Shown: one piece after another, positions 28,731 to 42,539 of the stretch | Position numbering within the stretch: position 1 is the first letter of the stretch | Layout of the letters: the number at the start of each line of letters is the position of its first letter | Source of the DNA: the human T2T-CHM13v2.0 reference genome, Homo sapiens | Assembly (NCBI RefSeq): GCF_009914755.1 | Contig: NC_060947.1 | Reading direction: 5' to 3' (one strand) | Length of the DNA: 64,000 nt | Program-made: the position numbers and the translations under genes | Notes under the pieces: model-generated | Seen by the model: only the letters and a program-made list of their open reading frames with translations | What the model was told of the DNA's origin: nothing | Database searches by the model: none

Positions 28731-31035
28731 TGTATTGGTCTGTTCTCATGCTGCTAATGAAGACATACCCGAGACTGAGTAATTTACAAAGAAAAGAGGT
28801 TAAATTGACTCACAATTTTGCATGGTTGGGGAGGTCTCAGGAAACTTATAGTGATTGCAGAAGGGGAAGCAAGCACATCTTTCTTCATATCATGACAGGA
28901 GGGAAAAAATTGTGCCAAGCAAAGGGGGGAGCCGCTTATAAAACCAACAGATCTCATGAAAACTAACTCACTATCATGAGAACAGGGTGGAAGAAACCTC
29001 CCCCTTGATTCAATTATCTTGACTTTGTCTCTCCCATGACACATAGGAATTATGGGAGCTACAATTCAAAATGAGATTTGGGTAGGGACACAGCCAAATC
29101 TTATTATTCTGCCTTGGGCCCCTCCAAAATCTCATGTCCTCACCATTTAAGACACAATCATGCCCTTCCAACAGTCCCAAGAAATATTATCTCATTCCAG
29201 CATTAACTAAAAAGTCCAAGTCTGAAGTCTCATCTGAGACAGGACAAGTCCCTTTTGTTTGTGATTCTGTGAAGTCAAAAGCAAGTTAGTTACTTCCTAG
29301 ATAAAATGAGGGTACAAGCTTTGGGTAAATACAACTGTCCCAAATAGGAGAAATTGTCCAAAACAAAGGGGCTACAGGCCCCCTGCAGGTCCAAAATCCA
29401 ATAGAGCAGTCATTAAAACTTAAAGTTTCGAAGTGATCTCCTTTGACTCCATGTCTCAAATCCAAGTAACTCTGATGCAAGAGGTAAGCTCTCACGGCCT
29501 TGGGAAGCTTCACCCCTGTGGATTTGGATGCTACAGCCCCCATCCTGTCTACTTTTCTGGGCTGGCATTCAGTGTCTGTAGTTTTTCCAGGTGCACAGTA
29601 CAAGCTGTCTGTGGATCTACCATACTGGAGTGTGGCGGACAATGGCCCTCTTCTCATAGCTCCATGAGGCAGTACCCCAGTGGGAACTTTGTGTAGGGGC
29701 TCACACCTCAATTTCCCTTCTGTACTGCCCTAGCAAAGGATCTTCATGAGGGCTCTGCCCCTGCAGCAAACTCTTGCTTGGACATCCAGGCATTTCCATA
29801 CATCCTCTGAAATCTAGGTGGAGGAACTCCAACCTCAGTTCTTGAATTCTGTGTACCTGCATGGCCAGATTCAAGTGTAAGCCACCTTCTGGCTTGGGAC
29901 TTGGGGCTTGCACCCACTGAAGCAATGGGCTGAGCTGTATCTTGGCCCCTTTTAGCCACAGCTGGAGCTGAAGCAGCTGGGAAGCAGAATACCATGTCCC
30001 CAGGCTGCATAGAGCAGGGGTCCCCTTGGCCCGACCCACAAAACCATATTTTTCCTTCTAGGCCTCTAGGCCTCTGATGGGAGTGGCTGCCGTGAAGGCC
30101 TCCAACATGCCTTGGAGACATTTTCCCCATTGTCTTGGTGATTCACATTCATCTCCTCGTTAATAATGCAAATTTCTGCAGCTGGCTTGAATTTCTCTCC
30201 AGAAAATTGGGTTTTCTTTTTTATCACATTGTTAGGTTGCAAAGTTTCCAAACTTTTATGCTCTGCTTCCTCTTGGATGCTTTGCTGCTTAGAAATTTCT
30301 TCTGCCAGATACCCTAAATCATCTCTCTCAAGTTCAAAGTTCCACAGATCTCTAGGGCAAGGGGAAAATTCCATCAGTCTCTTTGGTAACACATAAGAAG
30401 AGTCACCTTTGCTCCAGTTCCCAACAAGTTTCTCATCTCCATGTGAGACCACCTCAGCCAGGACTTTATTTTCCATATCTCTAGCAACATTTTGGTGAAA
30501 GCAATTCAAAAAGTCTCTAGGAAGTCCCAAACTATCCCACATTTTCCTGTCTTCTTCTGAGCCTTCCAAAACCTTCCAACCTCATCCTGTTACCCAGTTC
30601 CAAAGTTGCTTCCACATTTTCAGATATCTTTCCAACAGAACTTCACTACCTGGTACCAATTTACTGTATTAGTCAAATCTCACGCTGCTAATGAAGACAT
30701 ATCTGACACTGGGTAACTTGAAAAGAGGTTTAATTGACTCACAGTTCTGCATGGCTGGGGATGCTTCAGGAAACTTACAGCTATGGCAGAAGTGGAGGCA
30801 AACACGTCCTTCTTCACTTGGCAGCAGGAGAAAGAAAAATGAGTGCCCAGTGAAGGGAGAAGCCCCCAATAAGCTATCAGATCTCTTGAGAACTAACTCA
30901 CTGTCAAAAGAACAGGATGGGGGAAACCACCCCCATCATTCAATTATTTCTACCTGGTGCTGCCAAGACACATGGGGATTATGGGAACTACAATTCAAGA
31001 TGAGATATGGGTAGAGACACAGCCAAACCATATCA
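28731..31035 (-). mobile_element. Full-length THE1 (C/D-like) provirus (LTR 28731-29106, internal 29107-30664, LTR 30665-31035)
   Basis: Two antisense THE1 LTRs and a ~1.55 kb internal region; host MST internal ttacccaatgcctgta...atcttggaagtaactaac continues across it. Confidence 0.92.
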
Positions 31036-31436
31036 ACCTACATGACATCTTGGAAGTAACTAACTTGTTTTTGATTTTACAGGTTCATGGGTAGAAAGGA
31101 CTTTCCTTGTCTCAGATGAGACTTTGGACTGTGGACTTTTGAGTTAATGCTTTACTGACTTAAGACTTTGGAGGGTTGTTGGGAAGGCATGATTGTCCTT
31201 TGAAATGTGAGAAGGACATGAGATTTGGGAGGAGCTAGGGGCAAAATAATATGGTTTTGATCTGTGTCCCTGCCCAATCTTATATCAAATTGTAATCATC
31301 AATGTTGGAGGTGGGGCCTGGTGGGAGGTGATTGGGTCACTGGGGTGGTTTCTAATGGTTTTGCACCATCCCTCTAGTGCTGTTCTCACGACAGAGTTCT
31401 GACAAAATCTGGTTGTTTAAAAGTGTGTAGCACCTC

Positions 31437-31977
<541 letters not shown>

Positions 31978-32495
31978 TTATTCATATGTCATGCCACTCT
32001 ATCATGGCCTGTAAGATTTCCAGTAAAAACTCTACTTCCAGACATATTGGAGCTCCATTGTATTTGATTTCTTTCATATATCTTGCTACTTTTAGGATCA
32101 TCTTTCAATCCTTGATCTTCGTGAGTTTGATCGTTAAATGCCTTGAAGTAGTCTTCTTTGGGTTAAATCTGCTTGGTGTTCTATAGCCTTCTTGAGCTTG
32201 AATATTGATATCTTTCTCTAGGTTTATGACGTTCTCTATTATTCACCCTTTGAATACTCTCTATGCTGACTTCTCTCCCCACCTTCACTTCAAGGCCAAT
32301 AACTCTTAGATTTGCCCTTTTGAAGCTGTTTTCTAGATCGTGTAGTTGTACTTTGTTGTTTTCTATTCTTATTCTTTTGTCTCCACTGACTGTATTTTCA
32401 AATAGCCTGTCTTTGAGCTTACTACCTCTTTCTTCACTTCATCAATTCTGTTAAGAGACTTTGATGTATTATTAAGTATGTGAATTACATTTTTC

Positions 32496-32791
32496 TTTTC
32501 CTTTTTTTTTTTTTAGGCAGGGTCTCACTTTGTTACCCAAGCTGTAGTGCTATGGCACGATCTTGGCTGACTACAGCCTCAACCTTCCAGATTCAAGTGA
32601 TTCTCCCACCTCAGACCTCTAAGTAGCTGGCACTACAGGCACCCACCACCACGCCTGGCTAATTTTTGTAGCTTTTGTAGAGACTGGGTTTCTCCATGTT
32701 GGCCAGGCTGCTCTCAAACTTGAGCTCAAGCAATCCACCAGTCTCAGCCTCTCAAAGTGTTGTGATTACAGGCATGACTCACTGCACCCAG
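32496..32791 (-). mobile_element. AluJ
   Basis: agggtctcac...cagcctcaacc...gagctcaagcaatcc; TSD aattacatttt. Confidence 0.92.
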
Positions 32792-33333
32792 ATTAATTAC
32801 ATTTTTCAACTCCAGAATTTCTGGAAAATTTCTGTTTTAGTCTCTTTGTTAAATGTATCTGATAGGATTCTCAATTCTTTCACTGTGTTGTCTTGAATTA
32901 CACTGTTTCCTCAAAATAGCTATTTTGAATCCTATGTCTGAAAGGTCAGATAACTCTGTCTTTCCAGGACTGGTTGCTAGTGGCATATATAGTTTATTTT
33001 GTGAAGTCATGCTTTCCTGGATGGTCTCGATGATTATGGATGTTCAATGGTGTCTGGACATTTAAGAGTTAGGTATTCACTGTAGTCTTCACAGTCTAGG
33101 CTTCCTTCTTTGGAAGGTTTTCCAGGTATTTGAAGGGACTTGGGCGTTGTGAGCTAAGTTTCTGGTCACTGCTGGCATATCTGCATTAAGGGGCACCCCA
33201 AACCTAGTAATATAGCTTTTGCAGACCTGTAAATGTACTGCCTTAGTAGTATTGGATAAAATCTGGAAGAATTTTCTGGATTAGCAGGCAAGCACTCTTG
33301 TTCTCTCCCATTACTTTCTCCAAAACAGATGAG

Positions 33334-33492
33334 TCTCTCTCCTCTCTCTTCTCTCCTCTCTCTTCTCTCTTCTTTCTTCTTCTCTTCTCTTCTCTTCTCT
33401 CTTCTTCTCTTCTCTTCTTTTCTCTTCTTCTCTTCTCTTCCCTTTCCCTCTCCCTCTCCCTCTCCCTCCCCCTCTCTATCTCTCTCTCCCTC
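33334..33492. repeat. Polypyrimidine tract, (CTTCT)n/(CTCTCC)n
   Basis: About 160 bp almost entirely C/T on the + strand. Confidence 0.95.
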
Positions 33493-33775
33493 TTGAGCTG
33501 TTTGGAGCTTGGGGAGGAATGATACAAATACCTCTGTGGGTACCACTACTAGGACTGTGCTGAATCAGGCCAGAAGAGAGCAGAGTAATGGATCTTGCCC
33601 AAGGCCCACTATAACCAAAAGTTGGCTACCACTTTCGTTTGCTCAAGGAACTCAGGGTCTACAATGAGCATGTGGTAAATCCATACAGGATTGTGTCGTT
33701 CCCTTCAGGGCAGAAAGCTTCCACAGGCCCAGGCAAGTCCAGAGGTACCATCGGGAATCCAGGGCCTGCAGTCAG

Positions 33776-33903
33776 AAACCTTAGGTATCTACCTGGTAAA
33801 TAAAATCATTTTTTATATTATCTATATAAACCTTAGGTATCTACCTGGTAAATAAAATCATTTTTTATTTTATTTTATCATAAAAAAATAAATAAAATCA
33901 TTT
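33776..33903. repeat. 41-bp exact direct duplication with AT-rich filler
   Basis: aaaccttaggtatctacctggtaaataaaatcattttttat at 33776 and 33828; partial third copy taaataaaatcattt at 33889. Confidence 0.9.
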
Positions 33904-35889
33904 ATTTCGGTGTGTTAGAATTGGGATCCAAACCATAAGACAAAGTCCTTCCACTCTTCCCACCCCTTTCAACAGGCAGAGGAGTCTCTCCCCATGTCCA
34001 CTATCACACAGGCCCATGGGGCATATAGCTAGGCTACCACCGATGTTCACTTAAGGCCCAAAGGCACTTCTCTCAAATTGTGGTAAATTCTGCCAGGCCT
34101 GGGACTCTCCCTTCAGGGCAGTGGCCTTCCCTCTGGCCCAGGACAGGTCCAGAAATGCCATCCAAAATCCAAGGCCTGGAATCAGGGACCCAGTATTCTG
34201 CATGGGCTCTACCCCACTATGGCTGAGCTGGAACCTCAGCTGCCTGACAAAGTTCCCTTTCTGCTCCCCACTGCTTATCTCACATAGGGGAGTCCTTCCT
34301 CATAGCCACCTCATCTGTGATTATGCCTAGTCATACTTGAAGTCAGCATGTCTCAGAGTCTCATCCAAGGCATATGGCAGACTACCTGCATATCACTGCT
34401 AATTATTCCAGGTCCCAAGAACTCTTTAGTTAAAGGTGATGAATCCTGCCAGGTCTGAGTCCTTTCTTTAAAGGCCAAAGTTTCCTTTCTGGCCCAGGGT
34501 GTGTCTAGAAATGTTGTCTAGTAGGTAAGACTTGGAATGGGAGCCTCATGACTCCAGCTGGTGCCCTATCTTACTGTAGTTGAACTGGTATCCAAGTTGC
34601 AAGACAAAGTACTCTTTACTCTGCCCTCTCCTCTCCTCAAGTGGAAAGAAGGAGTCACTTGTGTTCCTGCAAGCTGAACTGCCTGGGGCTGGGGAAGGAG
34701 TGGCACAAGCACTCCCATGGCCACCTCAAGTAATATCTCACTAGGTTGTATGCCCTTCATGTCCACTGGGTCTGAGCCGAGAACACCAGCAGAACTTGCC
34801 TAGGAGTTGCTGTCCTTATGGTCTAGACAGCCTTTCAAGTTTACTTAGGACCCCAGAGCACTTTAGCCTGTTGTGGCAATGCTAGACAAAACTCACATTT
34901 GTACCACTGGTATGAAAGATTCCCCTCTGGTGAGCGCTGACCTAAATGCTCCTACTGGGGGTATTTGCTGTGTTGTTTTGAGTGTTGCCTTCCTCTATGA
35001 TAGGGTAGCACTGAGTTCCAACACAAAGTCCTACAATCACTGCATTCTCCCTACCGTAAGTACACCAATTCTCCACACCACATGGTTGCTGACAGGAGAT
35101 GTAAAGAGGAGTTGCAAAAGCAATTGAAGACTGTCTTTCCTACACGTTTCAGTGCTGATTTTAGTGATATGTAGTTTAAACCAAGTATTGTGATTGCTCA
35201 CCTATTTTTTGGTTCTCATAAATGTGATTTTTCTGTGTGTGTGTGTGTGTGTAGATGGTTATTTAATCTGGCGTTCCTATGGGGAGGAGGATACATGGAA
35301 GCTTCTCTATTTAGCCATCTTGCTCTGGCTCCTCTCCTTTTTCTAACAATTTGCTTCAGTTTATTTTTCCATAGAACTTATAATCATCTGAGATATTTAT
35401 CTTTTGTACACCCTTCCAACTAGAATATGAGTACTATGGGGGCAGAAATTTTGTTTATTGCTGACTGTCTAGCTTTTTCAGTTTCTAGCACATATTAAGC
35501 ATTCATGAAATTATACAAACAAAAGATGGTGGAGGCTTTCATAGATTCTAATTTGCACTTTTCAATAACTCTTTTGTGTCAACTAAAGAAGTTTTAAGTG
35601 TTAGATATTTTATAATTTGCAATATTTTTAAACTCCTAATATCTCAGCAAACAGTGTTTTTTTTAATCTGAAACATGAAGGTAATAAATAAGATGGCTCT
35701 TATGCAATCATTTACATTTTAAGAAGATAAATATTTCAAAAGGCCAAGATAATTCTTATAAAAGTATGGGCCTGGATTGAAAAGCTGGTGTTACTCCTCA
35801 GTGAATGATATCTTTTCCACAGTTATACAAGTATCCAAGTTGAGAAGAGCCATTATTATCGGCCACTCAAAAATTCTAATTTTTATTTA

Positions 35890-36095
35890 TCAGCAATTTT
35901 TAGACCTTGGTGCACAAAAGAACGCACCTGGGAAACTAAAAAAATAAAAGATCCTTGTGCTCATGTCTAAATCCAGACAGTTAAGTCATAATCTGTAGGA
36001 TGAAGTCTAGGCATTAGTATTTTCAAAAAAATAAGTTAATTTAAATTTACACACACTGCACAGATAATTTAAAAAGCAAGAGAATCATTACTCTA
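35890..36095. mobile_element. MER5-like hAT DNA transposon remnant
   Basis: accttggtgcacaaaagaacgcacctgggaaact...aatctgtaggatgaagtctaggcattagtatttt...gagaatcattactcta. Confidence 0.55.
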
Positions 36096-36506
36096 CGATT
36101 ACATCTTCATTTTTTATGTTTCTGTATGACTGATGTTTATTGTTTATTCCAGCCTAACAGTAGCAACACTTGGCTTAAAAAAGTATCAAATGCACATTAC
36201 ACATGCTGATCTACAAGACATAAAGAAACCTGAGTTAAAGATAGAGTCTTCAAAGAATTATGAACGTGAGTGATGTATTTACTAGTGGTTAAAACAGCAT
36301 TTACCAATCACAGCATGTGTAAGTGCTGCCTGTACCTACTTTTATTCTGGGCGTGAGCTAGTGGCATTTTTTTTTTCAATCACAAAGTATTATTGTTATA
36401 GCACTTTTTATTTATTTGTAATTGGCAAATAATAATTGTGTTTATTTATAGGGTACAATTTGATGTTTTGATCTATGTATACATTTGTAGAGTCAATGAA
36501 GCTAAG

Positions 36507-36883
36507 TGATATAGTTGGGCTGTGTCCCCAACCAAATCTCATCTTGAGTTTTAACTCCCACAATTATGATGTGTCATGGGGAGGGACCAAGTGGGAGGTA
36601 GTTGAATCATGGGGGTTGGGTCTTTCTCCTTCTGTTCTCATGATAATGAATAAGTCTCATGAGATCTGATGGTTTTATAAAGAGGAGTTCCCCCACACAA
36701 GCTCTCTCTCTGTCTGCCACCATCCATGTAAGATGTAACTTGCTCCTCCTTCCTTGTCTTCCATCATAATTGTGAGGCCTCCCCATCTATGTGGAACTGT
36801 AAGTCCATTAAACCTCTTTTTTTTTTTTAAGTTTCCCAGTCTCAGGTATGTCTTTATTAGCAGCATGAAAACAGACTAATACA
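36507..36883 (+). mobile_element. THE1 (A/B-like) solo LTR
   Basis: tgatatagttggg...cagactaataca; exact 5-bp TSD CTAAG. Confidence 0.94.
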
Positions 36884-36953
36884 CTAAGTAAGATACCTTT
36901 CACCTCAGTAACATCATTTTTTTTTATGGTGAGAATATCAAAAATCTATTATT

Positions 36954-37263
<310 letters not shown>

Positions 37264-39269
37264 TTAGCAATTTTGAAATATATGATACCTTATTATTAAC
37301 TGTGATTATCATGCAGTACAATAGATCAGTACAACTTATGACTCCAGTCTAACTGAAACCTTCTATCTTTTAATCAACATCTGCCATTTTCCCATCCCTT
37401 TGCTTCCCACTAACCTCTGGGACACCTTTCTCTTATCTGTTTTTATGAGATAAACATTTTTACATTCACATATAAGTGACATTATGGAGCATTTGTCTTT
37501 CTGCACCTGGCTTACTTCACTTAGCATGTCTTCCAGTTCCAACCATGTTATTATGAATGACGTATTTTCTCCTTTTGTAAGGCTAGATTGTATTCCATTG
37601 AGAATGCACATATCACTTTTTAAAAAACATTCACATATTGATGGGCACTTTGGATGATTCCATATCTTGGCTATTGTGAATAGTGCTGCAATAATTATGA
37701 GAGTGCAGATATCTCTTTGGCATACCAATTTCAATTCCTTTGGATATATACCCTGAAGTGGGACTACTATTTCATATTGTAATTCTATTTTTAGTTTATT
37801 TGACAAAATATCATACTTTTTCCAAGTGGCTGGACTAATTTACTTTCCCACCAACACTGTACAAAGATTCCCTTTTCTCCACATCCACATAAACACTTAT
37901 TATTTTTATTTTAGATAATAGCCATTCCAACAGGTGTTAGGTAATATCTCGCTGTGGTTTTGATTTGAATTTTCCTGATGATTATTGATGTCGGGCATTT
38001 TTTTCATATCTCTCCTGGCTATTTTTATCTTTTCTTTTGAGAAATGTCTGTTCAGATCCTTTGCCTGTTTTTTAATTGGGTTATTTGTTTGCTTGCTATT
38101 GAATTGTTTGTGTTTTTTTCTATTCCTATGAAAAATGATATAGGAAATTTGATAGAGATTGCATTGAATCTGTAGATAGCTTTGGGTAGTACAGACATCT
38201 TAACAATATTATTTTTTTCAGTCCAAGAACATGGGATATTTTTCCATTTATTTGTGTCTTCTTCAATTTCTTTCATCAATGTTTTATAGTTTTTATTGTA
38301 CAGGTCTTTTACCGGTTTACATTTACTTCTGAGTATTTTATTTCTTTAGATGTTGTTGTAAATTAATTGTCTCCTTAATTGTACCTACTTAGTTTTTCAG
38401 TACTTTAGCGTGGTAGAATCATGCACTATACATCAAAAGTAAGGTGCAAATTTAATGTAGAAAAGTTAAATTGAAAAACCACTCTTTACAGATATCAGCT
38501 GTATAAGTTATATTTTACAGACTACTTCAACTATATTTCCTTTTTTTCTGTGTGTCTTGGTAAATAATCAGCACAAAAGGGGAAGCTGAACTCTTTATGT
38601 TCTATATTTTATCTTTTTCTAGGAATTTTCTACTCATTTATAATCCAAATGCATAGATACATTTCAATTATAAGACTCATTAAATAACAGATATAAATGC
38701 AAATTAGTCATAAACCAACCTAAAGTAGTTTTAATATTATCTACCCAAACATATACATATACACACACACACATGCATACTGGTTTGGGGTAATATGAAT
38801 TTAATCAAGCAGTTCTTATACACTATTACTAAAACAGTTTCTAACTACTTTTTTTAATTCAACTGATATCTTCATAATAAATGAATGGCTGAACTTATAT
38901 TTTCCAATGTATTCATTTGTATAGATACAGTCTCAATTTTACTTTAGGAATAGTTTTTGTGGTCAGTTCTTCCTTTCTGCAAGTCAGACCTCTGTAAGTT
39001 GGTTATTTTTGCCTTCTCTTCTAGTCTTTCTGGCTATCCATTCAGTTCCTTGTCTAGAGCTTTACACAGGGTATATGCTGAATAAATGCCTGTTGACTGA
39101 TAGTCAATGACTCACAGTCTTTTTTGCAGAGTTTGAGGAATAATACAGCATATTGGCTAACATCCCAGTCTGATCTTTGCTTAGGAATTTGGACTGCTTT
39201 ATTTTGCAGACACATTGGCTCTGTATTTCTGTATAGTCTTCTTGGCAGAATAATTGTCTTGAACATTAG

Positions 39270-39510
39270 TTGAGACCTGAGGCATTAGAATCAGAGTCTT
39301 GAGTTTGAACACCTGCTCTGACTCTTATAGTTGTATGAAATATGTTGACACGCTGTGCCTCAGTTTTTATATCTGTCAACTATCAATGAAAATAAATAAT
39401 GGTACCTCTCCCTGTGGGATTTTCTATGAGGATTAAATGAAGCAATGCATATCAAGTACAACTCATAGTGGCCGATGTATAATAAGAGCTTATAACAGTA
39501 GTGGTATTAT
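39270..39510 (+). mobile_element. MIR
   Basis: gagtttgaacacctgctctg...ctgtgcctcagtttttatatctgt...gaggattaaatga. Confidence 0.8.
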
Positions 39511-39709
39511 CATTATTATTATATCCTGAATCAAAATTATCATTCCATCCATGTGTCAACTCAGGTTTTAAGTGCTCTCCAAGTGCTCAGCACTGGAATT
39601 TATTCTAAATATGTTTATAAAGAACCAAAAAGGTCAAATAAGATGAGTGAGGGAGTCAAATTGAACTGTATAAAATAGGAATTGTAGTCTGTTTTCAGAC
39701 TTGTATCTC

Positions 39710-39898
39710 TTTCTTTTTTTTAAATTTTACTTTAAGATCTGGGATACATGTGCAGAACATGCAGGTTTGTTACATAGGTATACATGTGCCATGGTGGTTT
39801 GCTGCACCTATCAACCCGTCATCTAGGTTTTAAGACCCACATGCATTAGGGATTTGTCCTAATGCTCTCCCTCCCCTTGTCCCCCACCCCCTGACAGG
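39710..39898 (-). mobile_element. L1PA8-like 3' end
   Basis: ctgggatacatgtgcagaacatgcagg...gtcatctaggttttaag...atgcattagg. Confidence 0.9.
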
Positions 39899-40319
39899 CT
39901 TGTGTTTCAGTGGCAGAAAGAAAAAGGAATTTGGCCTGATGCTTGGGTTTCTATAATAGCACTTTATTTATTATTCACATTTGGGACTCTGATGGACAAT
40001 GAATATTTATTCTGGACATACCTCTTCCAAACTTCAGAACATGAGTAGGGAATATCTTGATAAAATCACTTGTAGAAAAAACTAATTAATTTGTGAAATT
40101 CAAGTTCAGGCTCATCTTGAATAGTCAGTTCCCTCCCCAAACTTTGAATGACTGTCATAGAAACAAAGCTACCTTTTTTCATTTTGTGAAGCATATATTT
40201 TTATCATATCTTACTTACAAGGAATAATTACCCTATGTGGCTGGTTTGTGTATTTCAGTATTTTGTGTTTGATGTGGAATGTTCTCGACAGGAAGTTGAA
40301 AGAACAGTCCAAAGCTGTT

Positions 40320-40495
40320 TGGTTCTTCCTAGCTCTGTAACTAATGTCTCAGTGATGCTGGACAAGTCACTTCAACTTTCTTTGGCTCAGTTTCCTCATC
40401 TATCAAGAGGCTGATATTGCAGTCTGTGTTCTTCAAAGGGCTGTTGAGGGAGTTGATTAAATATCGAACCAGCTTTTGCCAGTGTCTATGTAGCA
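40320..40495 (+). mobile_element. MIR
   Basis: ggacaagtcacttcaactttctttggctcagtttcctcatctatcaa. Confidence 0.75.
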
Positions 40496-40778
40496 CTTTT
40501 ATTTTCCCTGATTCTAAACCTAGGTGAGTTTCGTTAGTTGGTTGGCTCCTAGTGATTATGAGGGACATGATAAGTTGTGTGCACATAGGGGAGTACTGCA
40601 CTCTGTTATAAAGCCACAAACTGCACCTCTCCCCATCTGTTAAATGTGTGCCTTCAATCACAAAAGCTAAGGAGGATCAGCTGAGAGAGCCCAGATGATT
40701 TGGCATTGTGTAGTGGAAGGAGCAAAGGCTTCTAAAGTCATATGATAGCTTTGTCATAATTGGCTGTTGGATTCTAGG

Positions 40779-41145
40779 TGTCTTAGTTTGTTTTCTGCTG
40801 CTGTAACAGACTTTCTGAAACTAGGTAATTTATATGGAAAAGGAGTTTATTTAGCTTATGGTTCTGGAGGCTGGGAAGTCTTAAGGGCAGGGCACTGGAA
40901 TCTTGTGAAGGCCCTCTTGCTTACATGGCAGAAGGCATCAGATGGCCAAAGGGTAAGAAAATGCATATGAGCTCAGGCCTTTCTCTCACTTCTTGTAAGG
41001 CCACCAGGCTTGGCATGATGGATCCACCCTGATGATCATAGCTAATCTTAATTATCTTCAAATGGTCCCATCTTCAATCAACATATGAATTTGGTAATTA
41101 AGTTTTTAACACATAAAATTTGGAAGACACATTTAAATTACAGCA
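40779..41145 (-). mobile_element. MaLR solo LTR (MLT1A/MSTC-D-like) inside a MIR
   Basis: tgtcttagtttgttttctgctgctgtaacaga...ggttctggaggctgggaagtc...gacacatttaaattacagca; MIR continues at 41146-41270. Confidence 0.8.
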
Positions 41146-42539
41146 ATGGGCAAGTTGGTAAATGCTATGCTCCTTATTAATTTCATCTGCAAAATGAAGA
41201 CAAAAGTACCCATAATGCAGGGCTGTTTTTGGATAAAAATCTGATTAATTTTGTGAAGAACCTTGTGGAGTTCCCTCTGGCATCTCGGGATGCTTAACAA
41301 GTTTATGTTTCTACCTGCCCCACATTTAATGCTATCTACCACCCTTTTAATGGTGTATATCAGATTTTTCATTGATACTAGTGTGGATAGTTGTTGGTAG
41401 TACAACCTATCATCTAGTTCTATAACACAAATTCTACTTAGAAGGAAATTGTTTCTTAGTAGTCTACAAGATAGCCTGCTTTCTTTGTTCTCTTCCGCAG
41501 GAAGACATGGATAAAGAGTTATTTGCCATCTTTGGTAATTTTGCCCATTCTGCTTTATGAGATCAACCCCACCAATTTTCAGCAGTAATCTCATTGTTAT
41601 TGCAGTCAACTTACAATTATCACAGCTAATGCAAGAGAATATTAGCATATATGACACAATTAATGAAACAATCTGTTTAGGGCTTTCTTCACTTCTACTC
41701 TACTAACCAAATTCCAGAGGGCTCACTAATGATGACAGACTCAGGGAATAAAACTAATATGTATAAGAAGAAGGGACTGTAGGTATCAAATTCTGATATT
41801 TTCCTCTTGCCCTGATTGATATAACTCTCTGAGGGATTTTTTCTCTGTAATTATCCTACAAGCCTGTGGGAAGTAATTCAACCTTTTTTTTTTTTTATTA
41901 ATTCTTATTCCAAAAGTATTTAAAGATCATGCTGGTGAAATGAGAGAAATAGAAGCCAATGAACATCATGGGCTGTGTTGAAAAGGAAGTGAAGTGACAC
42001 ATAAAATGACAAGTGGACAGGGGAACAAGCAAACAATCATTAAAAGGCTGATTTCCCTAAGATCAACCATTGAGTCAATAAAAGAGCTGAAACCTGTATT
42101 AGTTCATTCTTACACTTCTATAAAAAACTACCCATGACTGGGTAATTTATGAAGAAAAGAGGTGTAAGTGATGCACGATTCCACAGGCTGTACAGGAAGC
42201 ATGGCTGGAAGGCTTCAAGAAACTTACAATTATGGTACAAGGCAAAAAGGAAGCAAGTACATATTCACATTGTGACAGGAGAGAGAGTGAGCAAATGGGG
42301 AAGTGCTACACACATTTAAAGAACCAGATCTCATGAGAACTCACTTGCTATCAGAAGAACAGCAAGGGGAAATGTGTCCCCAGGATCCAAATAACTCCCA
42401 CCAGGTCCCCTTGGCAAACATTGGGAATTACAATTTGACATATTTGGGTGGAGACACAGAGCCAAATGATATCATTCAACCTCTGGCCCCTCCCAAATCT
42501 CATGTCCTTCTCACATTTAAGAACACAATCATGCCTTCT

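Noticed and set aside
33166-33546. E/R/K-rich ORFs
   Set aside because: Translations of the CT-rich low-complexity tract.
41133-41657. 174-aa ORF on the - strand
   Set aside because: Non-ATG start, the end runs into MIR and MaLR sequence, and there is no recognisable domain; probably chance.
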